From: the human T2T-CHM13v2.0 reference genome, Homo sapiens
Assembly (NCBI RefSeq): GCF_009914755.1
Contig: NC_060934.1
DNA length: 64,000 bases
Reading direction: 5' to 3' (one strand)
Under the pieces are notes generated by a model that was not told where the DNA came from, searched no databases, and saw only the letters and a program-made list of their open reading frames with translations. Position numbers and translations under genes: made by a program. This document shows, piece by piece, positions 56,891 to 64,000 of the stretch (the first letter of the stretch is position 1; each line of letters opens with the position of its first letter).

Positions 56891-59095
56891 TTTTGGAAGC
56901 CATTTTTAATGTAGCCGGGCAGGAAGAGCCCTGTCGACAGTGATGTTGCTAAGCTGCCAGCAAACACTCTCCGTTTTCTTTCATGAACAGGACGAACATC
57001 AGGGGCTGTTGGACTGGAAAGGGCTGCCTTCATTTAACTCTCCCCGCCCCTGGTGAGAAAACCGAGATACAAGGTGGAGCCAGGCCTCCGTGTTCACAGC
57101 CGTCACTTTGGTGCAAGCCTGGCTGGCCTCTGCAACTTTGCCCAGTCTGGTGAGGAAAAGGAGCAAGCTCCCGCTGGCTGCACCTGGGCCCTGTGCTTTG
57201 GCCCTGTCATCAAATACCAGCGCGAGAGACCGTGAAGCTTGGGCTTCCTTGTCCCCAAACCCCGCCGCCTCTCAGGAGCATACGCGTCCCTACGGTCTCC
57301 CAGGAGAGAGTCTCATTTGTACTATCACCCAAACTTCTGCATTCCTCTGGATTTGTAAACTTTAGAGAGTATGAACAGCTGTAGCTTTTCAGCAAAAATG
57401 AACTCAGCCTCCAGTATGAGACAAACAGAGGTTACCAAGCTTAGACCTGCCTGCCAGCAGCTCCCAGCCTGTGGGTACAGAGAGAGTGCAACAAATAGTC
57501 TTCCACCTCCGACCTCTCCCTGCCTTCCCACCTGAGCAGTGGAGGGTGAGTTCAGGTGAGTCTGGCCAGGTGTGGGCCACAGGGACTCTTCCTCCTGTCA
57601 TGTAGCAGAAAAAGCACTTGCTTTAAACAACAGAAGACATGAGTTTGCGAGAGCATTCTATCGTTTATGAATTCCGTGCCCGTGAAAAAGTCACAGGAAC
57701 CTCAATTTTCATAGTGAGTAAGATGAAGTTTGGAGAGAAAGGCGCCTCCTGGGTAGGGGAATGCTTTGAGAAAAGGAGAGGAGAGCCAGGAGGTGGTGGT
57801 GGCAGACCCCCACGCCAGACCCCTCAGGTCTTTGTTGGGGGTTTCAGCCTTCAGGAAAAACGGCTGCATTTTTACATATAGAACTTGGGGCTCGGTTTTA
57901 CAATTTATGTCAGTGAGTTCATGTACTATCACATTTCACATTCTATCAAATTTCATAGAGTTAACAAAAAATGTTTTTGGACATCTGGATGTTATGTTGT
58001 AAAGTGTGTGGGTCACAGGCTTGTTATAACCTGGGGGCGGGGAGGGGTCACACCTCCTCCTCCTCCCCGCCCCCTCCCCCCTCTAGGGTACAGGCCTGCA
58101 GCCTCTTGGGAATTCATGCACAGAAACTGCTTTGAAAAGTATAAAGTGCTCCACAAATTTGAGGGTGTGTGGATTCCCATAGTCCAACAATGAAACAATA
58201 TATACCCAGGCCACTCTTTTATCAAAGAGAATGCCTTACTCGTCCTAAAGTGACAAGCCCTTAAAACATACATATATACTAACACATGTATGTTGTCCAT
58301 TTGGTATTATGGTAAATGATCATCTCCCAGGATTTCTCATTAAAACCCTAGGCTAAAAGAAAGATGTTTTTCACAAAGATCTTGCAGGGCTGATGAGTTT
58401 ATCTCATTCCTCCTGGCTGCATTTGCATCCACTGTTTCTGCAACATTCACTCCTTTAGTATGTATCTTTCTGCATGCGCCTTCCTGCCTGTCCCTGCTCG
58501 GATTTCTCACTGAGGGTGGCTGTCAGGGCCTAACACTGGGACCGCCTTGAGCCAGCCCAGCTGGACGAATTAATGTCTCTCCAGTAACTCAAACCAGCAA
58601 TGACTTCATCTCAAAAATTTCTGAGTAGCACAGGTCACAGTGTGAGTGTGGACAAAAGTAATGGGGTTCCCAGAGAAGTTAAATGGCGGTGGGGAGGTGT
58701 AAGCCAAAAACTACAACTGGGATGAGAATTGGGGGGGGCACATCTGAAAAAATAAAATTTCCAGCAGATCTTCTTGGAACAGTGTAAGCTTTTTGGTACA
58801 ATGAGATTTTTGTCCTAGTACAGCTGAGCACACTGACAAAGCAGCAGAATTGCAGTGATACGCGCCTACATTGTAAATAATAGAGTAATATTATGCTACA
58901 CAGTAATACTGTGTAATATAGTCACATACACTTCACAGACGCATAAAGAAGGAAACAAAACAAAGATTAAAATAAAAGACAAATAAAATAAGTATATATA
59001 GCTGTTCCTTAAATGAACTAAACCAAGGGCATTCTAAATATTTATATGTTAAATAAAATCCATTTTCTAAATAGAAAAGAAACTGATAATCTTAC

Positions 59096-59114
59096 CTTGT
59101 TGTTAACAGCAAAA

Positions 59115-59166
<52 letters not shown>

Positions 59167-59209
59167 TATTTCAGTTTGTTTCTGCCGACATGGCTTTTAA
59201 GGAAATATA
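59096..59209 (-). other. Candidate exon (114 nt) containing (CA)n
   Basis: Acceptor ttcttctttcattttctgcatcAG (59211-59210) and donor AAG|GTAAGA (59095-59090). Confidence 0.3.
59118..59161 (+). repeat. (GT)22 microsatellite
   Basis: Read directly. Confidence 0.97.
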
Positions 59210-59418
59210 CTGATGCAGAAAATGAAAGAAGAATTTCAAGGCGTATATGAAAGGACCTGTCCTGAAGCTATTAAATTTTGTGCATAATATTTCGTTCAAG
59301 GTGATCGAAGGCGATGGTTGTGGACTCCACCAAAGGCAGGTGGGAAGCAGGCAGCAGAGGCCCCAGGGAGGGCCTGCCGGGCAGCCAGGGGCTTTGCTTT
59401 TGTTTTTTGTTTTCTTAC

Positions 59419-59467
59419 CGTTCCTGATGAAAGTTGAAGATCATCCGCAATCACTTCCCATTCACAG
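59419..59467 (-). other. Candidate exon (49 nt)
   Basis: Acceptor ttatttctttccttAG (59469-59468) and donor ACG|GTAAGA (59418-59413). One frame is open (CEWEVIADDLQLSSGT). Confidence 0.35.
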
Positions 59468-62400
59468 CTAAGGAAAGAAATAACTTTGTAATGACTAACA
59501 AACTATATGGCAAGATCAGGAAAATGTAAGAATCCCACAGAGCCATGGCTGCTGTGGTGATCACGCTGTGTTTTTTTGGGGTGCAGAATCCTTGCCTTTG
59601 GACCTGGGAGACACTCCTCCCACGCTCCTCATTCTGGCCTCACCAGCTCCGTGAGACTCTTCCGTCTTCCCGGTTCCTCCTCACTTTATCCCTCTGTTGT
59701 TTCAACAAGGAAATGGGTCTCATTATAATCTTTCATCTCATTCTTCTCCTTGTCATGATGATGAGATAAAGTACAGAAGTCAAGAAGTGCCTTCCAGAAA
59801 AAAAAGGATTAGACTCCTTCCTTCATTTCAGGGTTTTTCTATAATGAAAGATACAGTTAAGCCTGTTAGTTCTATCATGACAAAACAAACATGAAATTTG
59901 GAAAAGTTTGATTCAGTTTTTCTGTTTGTAAATTCTTTTGAGTAGGTTGGCTGCTATGTTTGGTTTGGACTTCAATGGACAAGGAAAAGGGAAATAATTC
60001 CAATTTTATTTAGCAGATTTAAAAATTAAAGTATAGATACTTGCATGTACTAAAAACAGAAAAAGTTATATTTTGAGAAAATGGATTTTGTTATAAATCA
60101 GCTATCCAGAAAAACTAAGAATACCATGGCTTTTAAACCATTACAGAGCTGAGGGATTTACCCACTGAGGTATTATTTTAAAGGGAAAACAAAAACTCAA
60201 GTGCAATGGTTTAGGTCAATAAACACTGCACTTTTCCAGGCAAGGCTTGTGAAGAACTTCCTGTAGCTTTCCACAGCGCGAAGGGGACGTGCAAGTTCAC
60301 ATCTGCACACCTAAATGTGAGCCTCCTATGAACGATGCTCTCAGAAAGAGTCCCCCGGCTGGCAGAACAAAGGCCAGGTCCAGGGGTTACTTACAAGGCT
60401 CCAGTGATGGTCATCCTAGAGCCAGAAACCGTCTGCTGGAGAAGCCCAGGTAGTTCCAACCATCATCTCACCTTGCAAAGCCACCAGATGCCACAGCGGG
60501 CCCCTGGCCGTGCAAGCTTCTAGAGAAGCTGGAAGGACCTGGAGGAGCGGAGGCAGGGCTGTCCTTGGCTCTGCTCGGATCTGCCAGGGAAGGCTTCCTC
60601 GGGTGAGGAAGAGGCACGGGGACCTTGGAGAGGCCAGGGGCTACTTGTGGACACTTCATTTTTCTAGTCTGCCAGGTCCTAGAAAGTAGAGCTGGCCAGC
60701 CAGGACACTCTCTCCTGCAAAGCCCACCCAGGGGTCGCCAGGACCCACTGGATGGCCATGCAGTCATGGCTGAGCCACATGGCCAGACTGACCAGCCAGG
60801 GGCTGGCAAAAGGCCATCAGAACATGAGTGCAAACATCAGGTACATTTTCAGAACACAAAACTTTATCCTATCTTTAATCAACACCACAGTAAAAAAATA
60901 TTTATTCTTTAACAGCCCACCCTCTTTGTTCCAGCTACAAGTCAGGAGCAGACGCCTGACCCTTGGGGAAATCTCCTGGGTGGGACCCCTCTCTGAGGGC
61001 TGGGCTCCCTCCCCCACTAGGGCCCTCCAGAGACTGCCAGCCCCAGGCCTGCGCCAGCCTCCAACCCCCGCCCCCTCCCTCTTCAAGCCCTACTTCTCTG
61101 CCGGATCTACTTGCTGCAGGAGGCAGACATCCCATGGTGGGAATACCCGCAGGCCAGTGTGTGCAGCGACGTAGTGCTCAATACTTGGATGGCTCACCTT
61201 CCTGCCACGGAGGTTTAGGGCCAGGGGAAGCAGCTCAGCCTCAGTGCCTGGGCTTCCCAGAAGCACCCCGCTCGGACATCCAGCCCAATGCGCCTGCTGC
61301 TGGCCTCGGGGACAGGCTGTTGAGGACAGGCTGCCAGGCCTGAGCAAGCCTACGGCACCAGCAGGCTCAGCACAGGGCTGGGAGTGGGTGGGATGGGAAG
61401 TGAGTCTTCAGAGAGGGAGAGGGAAGGAACTAGAAACAACCACTTAACATCTATGTGGAGCCTGGGAGCATTTGTGGAAGTCATCCCCCTTACTGTTGAA
61501 AAGATGCAAATTTGGTGAAATAATCAGCTGTATGGCTCCAGGCTGTTTCCCAAGTACCCTGATTCCTAACAGGAGCGAAGGTATTAGTGTAAGACACCAG
61601 CAAGGCCAAGTTCACGTTGCTCAGAGGTAGCCCCTAACCAAACTCCGCCAAGTGCTGCAAAAGAAGATTTGTTATCTCAGGAAGGCAGTTCATCCAATAA
61701 AGCCAAAAAAATAAAAAATTAAAAATTAAAAGAAAAGAAGAAGAAAACAAACCAGAGTCCTTAAGGCTGGTTAAAGGGGAGCAAAACAGCCGAGCCCACC
61801 GGCACTCGGCACAAAGGGGGCCACTGGTTGTGTTCCCACAGTACCCGCTTCCTTGGCAAAGTGGCTCACATCACTGCAGAATGAAAGGCAATTAAGGCAA
61901 AGATATTTTTCCAGCATTGTTTTAAGTTCCACATCAAATATTCTTTCAGACATTCAAGAATCCACTTATCTCCAAATGAAGGGCAGAAGCTAAGCTAGTG
62001 ATTTTTTGCATAGGATCTGCTCTTTATGGAAAGCATGTGAACGACGCCAGTAGATTCTGCGACATCGCGACTTCCATTAGAAAAGCGCCCAGTGAATCAC
62101 TTCATACAAAGAGAGAATCCTTTCTGGTTCCTCAGGCTTCCCTGACCTCTTACCCCCGTTCCAGTTGGCAAAAGTTCGGGGACAAATTAACAAAATGGTT
62201 AAGCATGGCAGTAGATTTCATGCAGAAAATTATTCTTCGTGCCTGCTCCATAGCAAGGTCTTTTAAGTGATGCGGTTACAATGGACCTAAAACGCCACAG
62301 CCTGTAAACTAAATATTTCATCAATTTGCTGAGTATAAATTATATCTTAAAACTCCAGCCCTCTAGGATCAGGACATAAAGTGGCCGTTCAGTCAAGTGC

Positions 62401-62694
62401 TTTGAGCACTGCGATGCAAGATGTCTATAAAATACTTTACTAGGTTTTCATGTACAGTGAATTTGAAATAAGTGTAATGGAAAAACAAAAAAAAATGTAT
62501 AGAAATTACAAGCTGCTATTTGATTCCTTTGTAAATTCTCTGGTCATGCCGGCTTTTTGTTGCCTTTTCCTTCTTTCTGAACAACTGAAGAAGACAGAAC
62601 TTAGAATTATGAAAGATGGTTTTTAGGTCACCACCACATGAAGTAGTTGATTGGGCTTATAACTTGGTAAGAAATTGAACTTGAATTAGGCTCT

Positions 62695-62733
62695 CGTGTG
62701 TGTGTGTGTGTGTGTGTGTGCGCACGCGCGTGT
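62695..62733 (+). repeat. (GT)n-CGCACGCGCGTGT alternating purine/pyrimidine tract
   Basis: 39 bp of uninterrupted purine/pyrimidine alternation. Confidence 0.9.
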
Positions 62734-62926
62734 TTCATAAGCTCTTAGGATACAGCTATATTTATGCATTGTGTATTTAGTTTTCCTTCATTTTCCCCTC
62801 AGAGGATGGAGAGGGTGCTGTAATTTTCAAAATACTGTGAAAAACATTTCTACAAATTGCTTTGCTTGTCTGCCTATATACGTTAAGCAGCACAAAATAA
62901 GCGAGGGGACCCTTCATCGCAAAACC

Positions 62927-62950
62927 TTTTTTTTTTTTTTTTTTTTTTTT
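62927..62950 (+). repeat. T24 homopolymer
   Basis: Read directly; no adjacent SINE body was recognised. Confidence 0.9.
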
Positions 62951-64000
62951 GCATTTTCTGTAACAACATAAAATCTGCTGTTATGACAAGAAGTCTGTAG
63001 TTCACTCCTTCATTTATAATTTAACCACAGCCTATATAACATAATCCAAAAAATATGGGGCATGATTAGTGTAAAAATCAAACACAGTAGAGGCTTTTTG
63101 AATACTCCAAGAACAAAACAAAACCAAAAAAAGGAGAGGGGAAGAAAACATTGCAGCCATCTGAATATATGTGGTATTTCTTTAATACTTCATTTTAAAC
63201 TACCTAATTGTGTTTTTAAGCTTCGGTTTCTGTAATTTTGCAAGACGAGGCATTCCAGTGAGGAAACATATGGTGAGGGATTTTTAAACCACACAGCGAG
63301 AGTGCATCATAGACTTATCTGCTGTTTTAATGTCACAAAAATCCACCACTGAATTTATCCAGTCACCCATTAAAGAAAGAAAAGAATTAAAGGAAAAGGA
63401 GGTTTTAAATCCCCTAATGCTACAAGAATGAGTGAAATATGCTATCAAGTTCAAGTGAGAATGGTGCTGGAGCTTCAGGACTTCTTATAAGACCAGCAAA
63501 CAGCAATTAGCAACCTGAAGGCTGGAGAGTTATTTCAGGAGCACTGCAGACAGCCAGTGTCTCAAAGCGGCCAGCCGATTCTAACCTAGCACCTCTCATC
63601 ACTTAGCTTCCTAGATGCTCCTGTTCAGAATGGTCAGTTTTAACTTTGTTTCTCAATAGGTCAGTAGGCAAAAAGATATATAAAAATATCTCTATCAATT
63701 GATCCATTAATTGATAAAGAAAGGAAGGAGAGACGGATGGATAAATAGATACACGGACATTTGCTTTTAGTTTTTAAGTCCTGTTGTAATGGTCACTTAA
63801 GAATAGTTGCCTCTATATGAAAGGGCAGCTGTCTTAGGATGGTCTTTTTTAGGAGAGCTACTGAATCAGCAATTTGCGCAGGTGTTGCGGTGGCAACAGA
63901 AAGCTCTGATGGTAGCAAACTTCAACATTCGGACCTAAGTAAGATCTAGAAAGGGATTCCAGACACACCAGAGTGTCTTTACAAATACCTACGCAGCTCC

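Overview
This is 64 kb of primate (human/ape-like) non-coding genomic DNA, either intergenic or deep intronic. I found no recognisable cellular protein-coding gene, tRNA/rRNA, CRISPR array or prokaryotic system. The only ORFs matching a known protein are fragments of LINE-1 ORF2; the other long ORFs come from simple repeats, Alus, LTRs or random GC-rich sequence. The window holds seven full-length Alus plus one free monomer, four well-defined MaLR solo LTRs (THE1/MST) with 5-bp TSDs, and three 5'-truncated L1PA copies. It also has an old HAL1-like element carrying nested insertions, older L1M/L2/MIR/MLT1 remnants, a 36-bp VNTR, a 460-bp purine tract, a degenerate TG-rich array and several microsatellites. 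The leads most worth testing are: (i) a set of well-formed minus-strand candidate exons, three of which splice in frame, suggesting a long spliced lncRNA; (ii) an AG|GTGAGT recursive-splice-like site; (iii) an L1PA3-like copy with a probable short 3' transduction and a junction duplication, truncated within 12 nt of the same ORF2 position as its older neighbour; (iv) a minisatellite built from telomere-like hexamers; (v) a triplicated CCAAT box; and (vi) several repeat-free, homeobox/SOX-motif-rich enhancer candidates. Subfamily names were assigned by eye from remembered consensus diagnostics, not from a database run, and I cannot identify the locus.
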